Source of the DNA: Thermoanaerobaculia bacterium
GTDB lineage: Bacteria > Acidobacteriota > Thermoanaerobaculia > Multivoradales > Multivoraceae
NCBI GenBank assembly: GCA_963664405.1
Contig: OY761158.1
Location: 2,592,001-2,656,000 of the forward strand
Direction: 5' to 3'
Length of the DNA: 64,000 nucleotides
A model generated the notes under the pieces. That model was not told the origin of the DNA. It saw only the letters and a list, made by a program, of their open reading frames with translations, and made no database searches. This document shows positions 1 to 10,857 of this stretch, piece after piece. Every line of letters begins with the position of its first letter. Position 1 is the first letter of the stretch. A program made the translations under genes and the position numbers.

Positions 1-100
1 GAATCGCATAGCTCGAGGTCATTCTGTTCGCTGGCCAGGCGCGCCGACGCAGGCATATTGAGCGACTTCCGCCTGCCCAGGGCAGAATGTTCGGCTGGCA

Positions 101-951
101 GTGCGACACGAAGGAGGAATCTGATGACCTGATCGAAAGACAGAGATAGGAGACCTCTGGGTCTCGAAGGCCGGCGGGTGAAAGTCCCGCCCGGGGAGTT
201 GTCGGTACACCCCGGTAGCCGCCGGAGCAGTCGATTCGGGTGACCGTCCGGCTGAAGCCTCCGGAACATCTGGATTAAGTCCAGAGGGCAAAGGTGCAGG
301 CCGCAACGCGAGTGAACCCTGAGAAGGCCCCGAAAGTTACTTGCTGGAGCCGACCCTCCTGCCATAAGGGGAAGGCCGCCGCTCGGCGGAGGAGCAACCG
401 ATCGTTGAATCCGTCGAATCCAGCCGGGGTAGTGGGGGTGGCATGTACCGAAGGTCTTTGAGGCAACGTGTGAGACCCACGTCGGTGGCGGGTTGCGACC
501 GCCAACCGGGAAGGCGTAAAAGGCCGTTCTCGGGCCGGGGTGGGAGTCGGAGGGGCTCGAAGTACTGATGAAGCCGGGTAACTCCGGTGGAGGGAAGGAG
601 CCCTAGTTCTGGTGCGCTTTGGAAGGAGAAGGAGACCGGGATTGACGCAAGTCTAGGAACCCGAATGAGTCAAACGACTCCGGAAGAAGCTCTGTGACAA
701 GGCCAAGCGAGAGGACGGTACAAGCTCCGATCGCAAGGAGCCGCCCGGCTAGATCGGGTCGAGGGGAACGACTCGCGAATGCCTTGTCGTGAAGCCAGTC
801 CGGGAGCCGTGTGCGGGAGAACCGCAAGCACGGTTCGATGAGAGGCGGCGGGAAACGGAGCCAAGGACAGGAGAGTGAGGCACTCGCAACCGAAAGGGCG
901 AGAAAACAGATGGGCCTGACCTACAGCCACCGCGCCCGCCGTCGACTCCAC
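101..951 (+). mobile_element. Group II intron, ORF-less (RT gene internally deleted)
   Basis: 5' GTGCG at 101; domain V GAGCCGTGTGCGGGAGAACCGCAAGCACGGTTC at 804-836; long domain VI ending ...GACTCCAC at 951. EBS1 TGCCA (360-364) pairs with exon TGGCA (96-100); EBS2 GAACAT (264-269) pairs with ATGTTC (87-92). Residual IEP-like peptide VKRLRKKLCDKAKRE near 670-715. Confidence 0.92.
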
Positions 952-976
952 CCTTAGCCAGCCAGCAGCAGGGGCC

Positions 977-1004
977 GAAGCCTGAAGCCTGTAGCCCGAA
1001 GCCT
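977..1004 (+). repeat. Heptamer tandem repeat (GAAGCCT-like x4)
   Basis: GAAGCCT GAAGCCT GTAGCCC GAAGCCT read directly. Confidence 0.7.
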
Positions 1005-1107
1005 GCGCGGCCGCTCGAAGAGCCCTGAGCTACTTTGGTTGCGGCCCGCGGCCGCGCTAGGATTGAAAGACTTGAGAGGATGACAGTGGTGATGACAGAA
1101 TTGGGAC

Positions 1108-1401
1108 ATGGCCGTTTCAGAGGATGCACCCTTTGTTGATGTGAGAGAGGCAGCGCGAGTGCTGGCGGTGTCGGAGTCTACGGTCTGGCGGCAGATTCGG
1201 CGCGGCAGCCTTCCCAGCGTTCGACGAAGAGGCCGCCGACTGATTCCGCGACACGCCCTCGAGGCCTACTCCTACAGGCGGGATCAAGAGGAGGTTCCTG
1301 CCTTGCGCCGGGACCATCCCATGTTCCGCCTGGTCGGAGCGGGGCGCTCCGGCGGATCGACGCCGGGAGCGCGCGACAAGTACGGCGTCCTGAGCGAATG
1401 A
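1108..1401 (+). CDS. Excisionase-like HTH protein, putative antitoxin
   Basis: VREAARVLAVSESTVWRQIRRGSLPSVR HTH_17-like motif; ATGA overlap with the downstream PIN gene. Confidence 0.8.
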   Translation: MAVSEDAPFVDVREAARVLAVSESTVWRQIRRGSLPSVRRRGRRLIPRHALEAYSYRRDQEEVPALRRDHPMFRLVGAGRSGGSTPGARDKYGVLSE

Positions 1402-1808
1402 GACGTTGGGTCCTGTGGGACTCGAGCGCCGTTCTGGCCCTGCTCGACGCGGACGACGCCGATCACCAGCCGGCTGTCTCTGTTGCGGAGCGTATCGCTT
1501 CCGAAGAACGCCCGAGCTTCATCACCAACTACATTGAAGCCGAAGCGCACGCTCTCCTGCTGCGTAAACTCGGCAGGTCTCTGGCAAGGGAGTGGCTAAT
1601 GAGCGGTGGCCTCCCCGTGCTCAGAGCTCAAGCCAGCGAAGAGCAGCGCGCCAAAGAGATTCTCTCCCGCTACGCAGACAAGGACTGGAGTCTCTGCGAC
1701 GCCATATCATTCGCCGTAATGAACGGCCGCGAGGTGAGAACCGCTTTCAGCTTCGACCACCACTTTCGACAATACGGCCGGTTCCGAGTCTGGGGTCTTT
1801 CAGAGTGA
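1398..1808 (+). CDS. vapC: PIN-domain VapC toxin
   Basis: WDSSAVLAL, E, SLCDAISFAVM and AFSFDHHF PIN motifs. Confidence 0.9.
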   Translation: MRRWVLWDSSAVLALLDADDADHQPAVSVAERIASEERPSFITNYIEAEAHALLLRKLGRSLAREWLMSGGLPVLRAQASEEQRAKEILSRYADKDWSLCDAISFAVMNGREVRTAFSFDHHFRQYGRFRVWGLSE

Positions 1809-1886
1809 CAGACCGAACCGCGTGAGCGCGTTCTATTCGCTCAGGATGGCCTGGTTCACCGTCAGCGAACCACGCATAGCCCAGAC

Positions 1887-3240
1887 CTACTCCGCACAGC
1901 GATAACTTTCGGCGGAACTTGGATCACCCCCTTTAAAATCCGCAAGCTGCGGAAACGGGCAATGCCTGCGCGTAAACGCACCATCCGGTCGGGAGCCAAT
2001 CAACTCGGTTGGGGCCTTTCCTTCTTCGACCCACTCAACCAACGGCGCCAAATAATCGACCACGTGAGCGCCAGGGCCTCCTCTACAGTGCTGCATTCCG
2101 GGTACCATGAAGAGCCTAAAAAACTCGGCCGCGCGCTCTGCCCCGCCGTTGGCCGCAATCACCTGATCAAGATAGTCGATGGCGCGTTGAGGGCGTAGGG
2201 GGTAATCGTTCCAGCCCTGATACATCAGAACCTTGCCACCGCGCGCTCGAAAAGCTGAGAGATCCGCCGTGTGCACATCGACAATCGCCGAAGCTCGGTT
2301 CCAGTGCAAGTCCGCTCGGTCCCTATTGACGTCGAACTCTGAACTATCGTACGTAAGATCGCGGTAAACCCAATATTTCAAGATGTCGTCGGCAGCCATG
2401 CCATTGAGCCTCCCCGCCAAAACCTCTCCGGTAGTGGGAACAGTGGCATTTGGCAAGGCCCACAAGGCCCAGTCGCCATGTCCCTCAGCTCCTGGCATCA
2501 GACCCGGTGAGAGCAGTTCGCCGCTCTCCGCGACGACACCTCGGTAGTGCTGCTGCACCGTGGCCAACTGACCCGCGGATAAGCACGTCGATGGGTTCTG
2601 GCCGGATCTGCAGTGCAACGTCGCGGGGTCGTAGTGTTCGTCAGTACACAAGCGGGGATCATTGATGACGCCGTCCTCGACTCCATCCAGGGTATCGCAA
2701 GCCCGGCGCGAAGCGTCTCCCAATAGTTTCAGCTCCGCCTCCTCCAATGGGTGGGCGTTCTGAGCGCGATCAGCCATGAGCACCCACAGCAGGAACTCAT
2801 CGTAATGAAACACCGGAGCACCAGCGACGATACCGTCGAAATCCTCAGGAAACCGGGTCGCTTCAATCATGCCCTGCCGCCCGCCATTGGAGCAGCCCTG
2901 ATAGTAGGAAAACTGAATCTCTCGGCGATAGAAAGCTGTGATGATTTCCTTGGAGAGCTGGGCGACCAGATGCACGGCGCGGAAGGCAAAGTCCAACGCC
3001 GCATCGGCTTGCAGGACAAAATCAATTGAACTCCCTTCATGTCCTGTATCCGTAGAGGACATGGCATAACCCCGGGCAAGCTCTGTAGTCGTGTCGGCAA
3101 TATAGCCCGAATTGCCGCCGGTGCCGACCATGAGAAAGCGGCCATTCCAATCGCGTAGCGGCATGCGAACTTCAAAACGAATGGCCCGGTTCAGCACGCC
3201 CCGTACGGCGCAATGCTCGGGGACGTAGCGCCCAGCTGGT
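1887..3240 (-). pseudogene. Tannase/feruloyl esterase family hydrolase, 5'-truncated
   Basis: WNGRF, GCSNGGRQG, FDGIVAGAP, GGKVLMYQGWND, FMVPGMQHC; no signal peptide or credible start; abuts a TPR fragment. Confidence 0.82.
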
Positions 3241-3247
3241 CCGGACC

Positions 3248-4389
3248 GTGGACGGCAGAGAACTCTGGTCGGAGCACTACGACCGAGAGCTGGGCGATGT
3301 CTTCGCCGTCCAGGACGAGATCGCCGTTGCGATCGCCGAGGGAGCGACGGCGAAGATCTTGCCGCCACCTGCTCGCCCGGGGGGGGGGAGGGACTCACCG
3401 ACAACCAAGAGGTCAACTATCTCTTCCTGGAAGCCCAGCATCATCGTGTACAGGGGCACCACGGGGACAGGGAACGGGCCATCGAGCTCCTGGAGCGGGC
3501 GCTCGTCTTGGAGCCCAACTTCGCCGCCGGCCACGCTCTTCTTGCCCTGTGCTACAACAATCTGGCCTTCTTTAGTCTCGCGGCGACCGAGCAGGCTCGC
3601 TCCAAGGCGGAGACAGCAGCGGTCCGGGCTCTCGAGCTCGACGACTCGCTGGCCACCGCGCAGGTGGCCTTCGGGGTCGTCCGTTCCTGCTGCCACTGGG
3701 ACTGGGCGGGCGCGCAGCGAGCACTCCGGCGCGCCATCGAGCTCGATCCCGGAGCCCCGGGACCCCACTACTGGTATGCCATGGCCTGGCTCGCTCCCCT
3801 CGGCCGCCTCGAGGAGGCCGAACGAGAGTTGAGGACTTCTATCGAGCTCGACCCTTTGGCACCGCCACGTAGTTGGTCTCTCGCGCACGTCCTCTTCTGG
3901 TCGCGGCGCTACGATGCCGCCCTCCTCGAGCTCCGCCATGCGCTGGAGCTCGATCCGGGATCCCGCACAGCGCGTACTGCGCTCGCAATCGCTTACACGG
4001 CCCTGGAAAGCTGCGAGGACGCGCTGCCAAAGCGCCGGATCCTATTCGAGAGCCTGGGACAGCATGAGGTGGTGCAGGAAGCGGCTCGGATCTACCAGTC
4101 GGCCGGGGAAGAGGGAGTGCTCCGTTGGCTGTTCGAAGGGCGGCTACCACCTGCGAAAGCGAGCGACGATCACGTCTTCCACCAGGCCTGTTTGTTTTCC
4201 CAACTCGGCGAAAAAGAGTCCGCCTTCTCCTGCCTGGAGCAGGCCTTCGCCCGGAAGAGCGGCTGGATGCTCTACACGAAGGTTCTTCCCTGGCTCGACA
4301 ACTTGCGCTCCGATTCTCGCTTCGATGCCCTTCTCGAGCGCATGGGAGTCAACGATCCACGGGTAGCGACAGCGGGGGCGGTCGTCTAG
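3248..4389 (+). pseudogene. TolB-like/TPR protein C-terminal fragment, frameshifted
   Basis: LWSEHYDRELGDVFAVQDEIA, then after a G run near 3380 TPR repeats (RALELD, RAIELDP) and LDNLRSDSRFDALLERMG; N-terminus missing. Confidence 0.78.
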
Positions 4390-4578
4390 CATCTGGAGGC
4401 GTAGATTCAGACCGACAAGAAAGGCGGTTGTCAATCCGTCTCCTCCCGTTCCGGCCTCTCGCTACCGCCGTGCTCGCGCTCGCGGTGAGCGCCGCCTTCG
4501 CGTCGCCCAGCGGCCCCACGTCATCATCGTCATGACCGACGACCAGGGCTACCCCGAGCTTTCGGCGCACGGCAATCC

Positions 4579-4594
4579 GTAGTAACGTTGCTAC
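4579..4594. promoter_or_regulatory. Putative TA operator palindrome
   Basis: GTAGTAACGTTGCTAC (14/16 self-complementary) just upstream of the antitoxin RBS. Confidence 0.55.
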
Positions 4595-4608
4595 AATCAG
4601 GAGGCGAG

Positions 4609-4866
4609 ATGGCCACGAAGAAACTCACAAGCCGGGAATTCAACCAGGACACAGGTGGCGCCAAGAGGGCCGCCGAGTCAGGACCGATCTACATCACCGA
4701 TCGAGGTCGGCCCTCCCATGTGCTGTTGACTTTCGCCGACTACCAACGTCTCGCCGCGAACCAGCCGGGCATCATCGAGCTGCTCTCAGAACCGGAAGGA
4801 GTCGGGGACATCGATCTGGAAGTCGCGATCTCCCGTGAGCTACCTCAGCCTGCACGCTTCGACTGA
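4609..4866 (+). CDS. Phd/YefM-family antitoxin
   Basis: SREFNQDTGGAKRAAESGPIYITDRGRPSHVLL; AGGAGG RBS. Confidence 0.9.
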   Translation: MATKKLTSREFNQDTGGAKRAAESGPIYITDRGRPSHVLLTFADYQRLAANQPGIIELLSEPEGVGDIDLEVAISRELPQPARFD

Positions 4867-5285
4867 TGTTCATCCTCGACACCAACGTCGTCTCGGAGCT
4901 CCGCAAGGCCAAGGCAGGCACAGCCAACCCCGGGGTCACCGAGTGGGCCATTGAAGTCCCGGCATCGTTGATGTTCCTGTCGGTGATCTCGCTTCACGAG
5001 CTCGAACATGGCGTGCTCCTGGCCGAGCGTCGCGATCCTGCCCAGGGCAGCGTTCTACGCCGGTGGCTCGACACCAGCGTCGCCACGGCGTTCGCCGATC
5101 GGTTTCTGCCCGTCGATGAGCCGGTCGCTCGACGAGCGGCCGCATTGCATGTTCCCGACCCGGCACCCTTTCGGGACGCCCTCATCGCCGCGACGGCGCA
5201 TGTGCACGCAATGACCGTCGTTACACGGAATGTGAGGGACTTCGGTCGTTTCGTCGGGCTCCATGTCACGAACCCCTGGACCTGA
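4866..5285 (+). CDS. vapC: PIN-domain VapC (FitB/StbB-like) toxin
   Basis: FILDTNVVSELRK, RDALIAATA, VVTRNVRDF. Confidence 0.92.
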   Translation: MFILDTNVVSELRKAKAGTANPGVTEWAIEVPASLMFLSVISLHELEHGVLLAERRDPAQGSVLRRWLDTSVATAFADRFLPVDEPVARRAAALHVPDPAPFRDALIAATAHVHAMTVVTRNVRDFGRFVGLHVTNPWT

Positions 5286-5376
5286 AAAACCGACTTGGTA
5301 TCTCCAATAGCTCACATTCGTGCCGTATGAATCAAGTTGCTATCGAAGTGAACTCGTGCTGGGTGGACGCCCGGCC

Positions 5377-6150
5377 CTAGGTAATCGTCGCCTCGACGTA
5401 GCCGAACGCGGACGAGACAACCTCCACGTGAGTCTTCTCACCCAGTGGCAGAGCCGGCCCGAATGCGCCGGTCAGGAGCGTTTCGCCCTTACGGATCCGC
5501 CGACCGTCCGCGGCCAGCTTTCCCACCATCCAGACTACGGCCCGCAAGATATCGCGTGGCCAGGACAGCGAGGGCCACGAATCAACCACCTCACCGTCGA
5601 AAAGCACCACCAGGTCCGTGGATAGTGACGTGGCCGGCGCCGGGCTCCCCACGCCGCGAACGACCCCGGCATGAATCGCATTGTTCGCAATCAGCTCGTG
5701 GCCCCGCGGTGGCTCGCCCCTCATCATCAGATTGTGCAGCTCAATGACCGGGAAGATCCGGTCGATTGATTTCGAGAATGTGTCGATCGTGACGGAGTCC
5801 GGGTTGATGTCGCGGCCGAGGGTAACCGCAAATTCACCTTCGATGGCGATGTTCGCAAAGTCCCTCTTCGAGAGCTTGGCGCCATTGACATGCTGCTCCG
5901 TTGACCAGAGCCGTGCCCAGACCGGATGCGAGAGTCCGGTGGACCGCTGATTCGCCGGGTTGATAGCGCCGATCTTGTATCCGACCAACTGCTCGCCGCG
6001 CTGCTCCCTCAGATCGGCAACCGCAGCCTGTAGCTTCCAGGCGTCATCGACCGACAGCCGCAGCCCTTCGCCAAACACGGTGCCGGGATCTCTGGCATCG
6101 TAGTCGCGCAACATACGTTCGGCCAAGGCGGCAAAATCGGGTTCTGGCAT
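5377..6150 (-). CDS. 2-keto-4-pentenoate hydratase-like (FAH superfamily)
   Basis: GEQLVGYKIG, IEGEFAVTLGRD, LIANNA, GETLLTGAF. Confidence 0.85.
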   Translation of the reverse strand: MPEPDFAALAERMLRDYDARDPGTVFGEGLRLSVDDAWKLQAAVADLREQRGEQLVGYKIGAINPANQRSTGLSHPVWARLWSTEQHVNGAKLSKRDFANIAIEGEFAVTLGRDINPDSVTIDTFSKSIDRIFPVIELHNLMMRGEPPRGHELIANNAIHAGVVRGVGSPAPATSLSTDLVVLFDGEVVDSWPSLSWPRDILRAVVWMVGKLAADGRRIRKGETLLTGAFGPALPLGEKTHVEVVSSAFGYVEATIT

Positions 6151-6320
6151 CGGATTCCTCGGTTTCGGGAGACGTACAGCGTATTCGAGCAGGGGACCTA
6201 GAGCGAGCGTTCTCGGTGGAAGCCGGCCGGTGAGCGTCTAGGATCCGGAACCTCAGAATGGATCATCGCGATTAGGAGCATAGCGCTATGCGCGTACCAT
6301 CCGGTGTCACCACAACGCCC

Positions 6321-6527
6321 GGCAGCCTTCGGCTGCCAAGGTGCCAGCCGAGTATTCTGCCCTCCACTCGGGGAGGGATTTGCAGCCGAGCGGTCAGCCC
6401 GCAGGGATGATCGCGAACGCCCAAGATCCCGTTGGGGCTACCTGCGCGCTGCGCGCGCTGGTATCCCCAAGTAACCCTATTTTGAACACCCCTAAGTATC
6501 GCTATTTTGAACACCTGGATGGATTGG
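6321..6527. repeat. About 200-bp structured repeat, copy 1 (intact), with tRNA-Glu 3'-end sequence
   Basis: Close match to 9322-9347 + 10858-11037. Contains ATCCCGTTGGGGCTACC (6426-6442), TGGTATCCCCAA (6459-6470) and CTATTTTGAACACC twice (6477, 6502). Confidence 0.88.
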
Positions 6528-6727
6528 CTGACTGGGCTTGGCAAGCTGAGACGAGTCCTCCAACAGGGATGATCATCACCACAAGCCGAGGAGAAGATCG
6601 GGGATCTTCCGGGATCTTCTGGTCGGAGAGACCTCCTTCCGACTCGTGTCTGCCGCCTTCTCGTGCACTACGTGATTCGCAACTAGCTCTCGACGCGTGA
6701 GTTAGCGTTCGGCCGATTTATCGCACC

Positions 6728-7312
6728 CTACGCCCGCAACTTGAAGCGGCGAGGCGGCCGACTCGGTGACACGTGGTTCTTGGACGAAGTCTTCGTGAAT
6801 ATCCAGGGCCAGCGGCAGTATCTCTGGCTTGCCATCGATCAGGAGGGAGATGTGATCGACATCCTCGTGCAGCCACGCCGAGATCGAAGAGCAGCGGAAC
6901 GCTTCTTCCGCAAGCTCTTGAAGGGCCAAGGGGCAGAACCGGTGCTCCTGGTGACCGACAAGCTGAGGAGTTATGGCGCAGCGCATCGGACCACCATGCC
7001 CTCCGTCAGGCACGATACGAGCCAGTACGCGAACAATCGGGCTGAGGTCTCCCATCAGCCGACCCGCCAGCGAGAGCGACAGATGCGCCGCTTCAAGTCG
7101 CCCGGCCAGGCGCAGCGATTCCTCTCCGCTCACGGAGTCATCCAGAACCTTTTCCGCGTCGGGCGGCACCTCGTGAGCGCAGGCGACCACCGTACGCTGA
7201 GAGATCGTTCTTTCGGCGTCTGGCGGCAGGTGACGTGCGCCTGCTGAATCCGAGCCGACCAACCCTTGATAACGCCAGATCTCGCCTCGGCCAAGGCCAA
7301 GTTGACAGTGCC
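6728..7312 (+). mobile_element. IS6-family element, 5'-truncated
   Basis: WFLDEVFV, TDKLRSY, NNRAEVSHQPTR (ORF 6741-7247); right IR ...GTTGACAGTGCC. Confidence 0.9.
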
Positions 7313-7322
7313 GCGCGGAGAC

Positions 7323-8825
7323 CTAGTCTGCGGCCCGTACGTCTTCGTTGAAGACCTCGCCGGTCACCCCGTAGTGTCGGAATGTCGCGGTGGGGACACC
7401 GTCGAGCCTCGACACCTCGACGGCTAGAAAACCGCCCTTGGGCCGGTAGTAGAGCAGCTGGGAGTGATCGGTGTTCGCCATCGTCGTTGCGTGCACGTCG
7501 GTCGAGGGGCCGGACGAATACTCCAACATCCCCGTCTCGTGGTGTCGCGACACATACTGCCAGTGGCGATCACCGGTTATGAAATACATGTTCTTCTGTG
7601 CGCTGATGAACTCACGCAGCATGTCGCCTTCGTGAGACCACTCGGGATCCGCATGATTGTCCGACAGGTCGGCCTTCCACAGATGATCGGGGCCGACCAT
7701 GGGTGTCGGGCTGATCAATATCCTGAAGGTGGCATCCGAGGCCTCGACCGTTTGCTTGAACCAGGCGACCTGCTCCTTGCCCCACATCGTCTTTTGCGGC
7801 CCGTCCGGATCGTGATTCGGGCTGCGGAAGTCGCGGACCTCGACCAGCCAGATCTGCAGATCCTTGCCCCAGCGAAAAGTCCTGTACCGGCGCTCGCTCA
7901 TCGGCACCTGCTCACCGTAGACCAGGCCGCCCTGTTGGTAGGTGAAGAGGCCCATCCGTGGCGGCATCGTCGGCCAGCAGTCGTTCTGCCATGAATCGTG
8001 GTCGTCTTTCATGAAGTAGGACGGCACCGCGTTGTGAAAATCGCGAGTATTGGGCAGACCGAACAGCCTGTTCCATCGGAACCGTGCCAGATCGATGTGC
8101 GTCGTGTAGGGGTCCAAAAGGTCGTAGTAGACGATGTCTCCAGTGTGGACGAAGAATTCGGGTCGGAGGGCCAGCATGGCTCGAAAGAACTTGTGACCCT
8201 TGTCACCGTCATCCCGTGAGCTGTGGCGTGTGCCGGTGACGACGGTGAAGAGCACTCGGCTCGAGCGATCTTTCGGCGGCGCGGTCTCGAAGGAGCTGCG
8301 CAGGACAGCGCTTATCGGGCTCGCGGCGCTCTTTCTGCCTTCGACCGTCAACGAATACTCTGTGTCGGACTTCAACCCCTCCAACTTGAAGTGCCTGGTG
8401 AAGTCCCTGTCGTCCTCGACCGGCGTCCAGCCCAATACCCTCTTACTGTCCTCGTTCCCTCTCTCTGTGAAGGTGACTCTCACGTCTCCCTTCGTGCCGG
8501 GCACCGCCCCCGCTGCCTCCTCCAGGGACGCTCCCTGTGGTAGCTGAAATGCGTAGCCACCGGACGGTCCCATCTGCTCGTCGAGGATGTTCGCGTTGAC
8601 GAAGAAGTCCTTCTCTCCGAAGTTTCTGAACAGGATGCCTTCGGGGTCCGGTGCCGCTACGCTCGTCAACCGGGTCCAGACGATCACGCTGTCGGAGGTG
8701 AGCTCACCGATCTTGATGCCGTTGCCCATGTACACCCCCGAGTCGTCCTGGGCGCCGCAGAAGCCACTATGCAGTCCGAACAGCACGACCAGGGATAGCG
8801 TGACAAGTTGCTTTCGATCAGGCAT
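7323..8825 (-). CDS. Alkaline phosphatase D (PhoD)-family secreted metallophosphatase
   Basis: Signal peptide; VIVWTR, FFVHTGDIVYYD, KDDHD, GDRHWQY. Confidence 0.88.
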   Translation of the reverse strand: MPDRKQLVTLSLVVLFGLHSGFCGAQDDSGVYMGNGIKIGELTSDSVIVWTRLTSVAAPDPEGILFRNFGEKDFFVNANILDEQMGPSGGYAFQLPQGASLEEAAGAVPGTKGDVRVTFTERGNEDSKRVLGWTPVEDDRDFTRHFKLEGLKSDTEYSLTVEGRKSAASPISAVLRSSFETAPPKDRSSRVLFTVVTGTRHSSRDDGDKGHKFFRAMLALRPEFFVHTGDIVYYDLLDPYTTHIDLARFRWNRLFGLPNTRDFHNAVPSYFMKDDHDSWQNDCWPTMPPRMGLFTYQQGGLVYGEQVPMSERRYRTFRWGKDLQIWLVEVRDFRSPNHDPDGPQKTMWGKEQVAWFKQTVEASDATFRILISPTPMVGPDHLWKADLSDNHADPEWSHEGDMLREFISAQKNMYFITGDRHWQYVSRHHETGMLEYSSGPSTDVHATTMANTDHSQLLYYRPKGGFLAVEVSRLDGVPTATFRHYGVTGEVFNEDVRAAD

Positions 8826-8875
8826 CGGTGTGTCTCTCTGTTGTGAGTCGGTTTAGGTGCGGGCGACAGATGGAT

Positions 8876-9269
8876 CTAAGGTTTCACATCGGCCGCGTCC
8901 GGCAGCTCCTCGTCGACGCGGAGCCAACCGATCTTCTCGTGCCGAAAGTCGTGAAAGCCCGCCGGAAAGGCGCCCGGGTCGTCGAAAATGCCAAGCGTAA
9001 TGTAGATGCGCTCGGGGCGCGGCTTGAAGCCGAAGCACAGGCTCGACCCGCAAGTCGGGCAGAAGCCCCGCCAAGCGCGCGCGCTCGAGTCGTATCGTAG
9101 CAGGCTCCGTCGACCATCGAACCTGGTCGCTGGCGAAAGTCGCGAACGTAGCCACCACGGCGCCTACCGCCCTGCGACACATTTCGCAGTGACAGTGGGT
9201 GACTCGACGCGGAGGACCCTCGGCTTCGAAGCGGGTCGCGCCGCAAAGGCAGCCGCCGGTGATGGTCAT
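8876..9269 (-). pseudogene. GFA/CENP-V family protein, one frameshift near 9098
   Basis: GGCLCG and HCHCEMCRR in one frame, RGFCPTCGSSL in another. Confidence 0.8.
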
Positions 9270-9360
9270 TGGCAGTTGAATTGTACTCGGGAGCTGAATC
9301 TTGCGTCGGCTGGCCAGGTCAGGCAGCCTACGGCTGCCAAGGTGCCACACATTAGAAGGC

Positions 9361-9769
9361 CCGAGTCAAGCGAGCTCATCTCTCCTGGTCCGGCCTCCTG
9401 GGCCGGCGTTTTTTTCGGGACGAGGGCTTTTCTATCCCGTTCACGAGCTCGCTCGATGGCATCCGGGTTCTCTTCGTTGAGGGTGTCGGATCGAGTCCGC
9501 ACCAGCCACACATCAGGATCTAGGCCCGTGGGCTCGTTAGAGCATGGGGCCCCACGCGCCAGGCGCGCTAGAAAACCGTTGGGTTGACCGATCCACATCC
9601 ACGGGGTGAGTGACAGTCGATTGGGCTGCCCGTAAGGGCTCCAGCACCATTTGGCTCATGGATCGGGCGCATCGTCGAGCTCGAGAAGACGGAGGAAGAC
9701 CGGGGCGTTCCATTCACCCGACTGGGCTTGGTTGCCAGCACCTAGTACGGTTCGGCCCCGGCCTTCCGA
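9361..9769 (-). ncRNA. Putative seekRNA/bridge-RNA region
   Basis: About 410-nt non-coding, hairpin-rich segment downstream of the recombinase, where IS1111 elements carry their guide RNA; boundaries unknown. Confidence 0.6.
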
Positions 9770-10764
9770 TCATCCAAAGGCTCGTTCGGGTTCAAAGGGC
9801 ACTTGATCTCGCATCACGTAGTAGCAAGCCCTAGCGAGCTTGTTGGCTAGGGCACGGATCGCCACGATCCGGTGGGTCTTGGCGGCCTTGCGCTCGACGT
9901 ATCTCCGCGCGAGGGGCTCGAGGCGGATGGCGAAGTGGGCCGCTTCGGTGAAGGCCCAGGACAAGTAGGGATTGCCATTGCGCTTGGCGTTGCTGATCCG
10001 TGCGGTGCTCACGCACCGACAGTAGGAGGCAAAGTTCCCCACCTTGGCGAAACGCCGGATGTCGCCCACCTCGCACATGATCGTAAGCGCGATCGCCTCA
10101 CCAATCCCTCGCACGGTCTGGAGCAGGCGAAACTCCTCGCGCAGCTTCGCCTCGGTGAGCACGGCCTTCTCGATCCGTCGGATCTGAGCCGACAGCACGG
10201 TTGTGACCCGAAGCTGCGAGCTCATCGACAGCGCCACCCGGGGTCGTCGCAGAGCCTCTCGACCTCCCGCACCTTCCACTGTTTCATCTCGCGAGCCGTC
10301 ACCCGCACTCCGGTGTGCTGCTCGTAGATCGCCCCGATGGACAGCAGCAGCGAGGTGCGCTTGCGCACCAAAAAGGCACGCCGGCGTAGCAGATCCCGCC
10401 ACGGACGCTCCTCTTTCGGGTAGATGTAGCCCTCGGGCAGGATCCCCAGGCACAGCAAACGCGCCAGCCAACGAGCGTCGTCACGGTCGTCCGTGTACTT
10501 GAGGCCCTCGTATTGCTGCACCACCGAGGTATTGGTCAGATGGACCCGGTACCCGGCTTCCATCAGACCATCCACCAGCCAATACCAGTTGCGCGTCGAC
10601 TCAACGGCAACGCCCTCGACATCCTCCCGATACGGCTCGAGCCGACCCAGGATCTCGCCTAGCTCATTGCGTAGACGTCCTTGGCACACCGTCTTGAGCT
10701 CCTCGTCCAGAATCACCAAGTAGTTGTTGCTTGAATGCAGATCGATACCGCCGTACAGTGACAT
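9770..10764 (-). pseudogene. IS110 DEDD recombinase, frameshifted near 10230
   Basis: YGGIDLHS, AVEST, KYTDDRDDA, then GIG and GNPYLSWAFTEAA in a second frame. Confidence 0.88.
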
Positions 10765-10857
10765 CGGCTCCTCCTCTTCGTTGCGCTGCTTACACCGGCA
10801 GCTTGGTTTCCGCCGAGGCTAGCGCTACGACGGGGGGAGCCTTCTAGATGAGTTTCA

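Larger units (their letters stand above)
9348..10857 (-). mobile_element. IS110-family element, IS1111 type
   Basis: Subterminal IRs TAGAAGGC (9353-9360) and GCCTTCTA (10839-10846); CA core at both junctions; removal restores GCCAAGGTGCCATCCGAATATTCTG. Confidence 0.88.

Noticed and set aside
620-800. Retron or DGR
   Set aside because: No reverse transcriptase in the window; the peptide scraps belong to the intron.
6471-6515. CTATTTTGAACACC repeats as a CRISPR array
   Set aside because: Only two 14-bp units with an 11-bp gap per locus; no cas genes.
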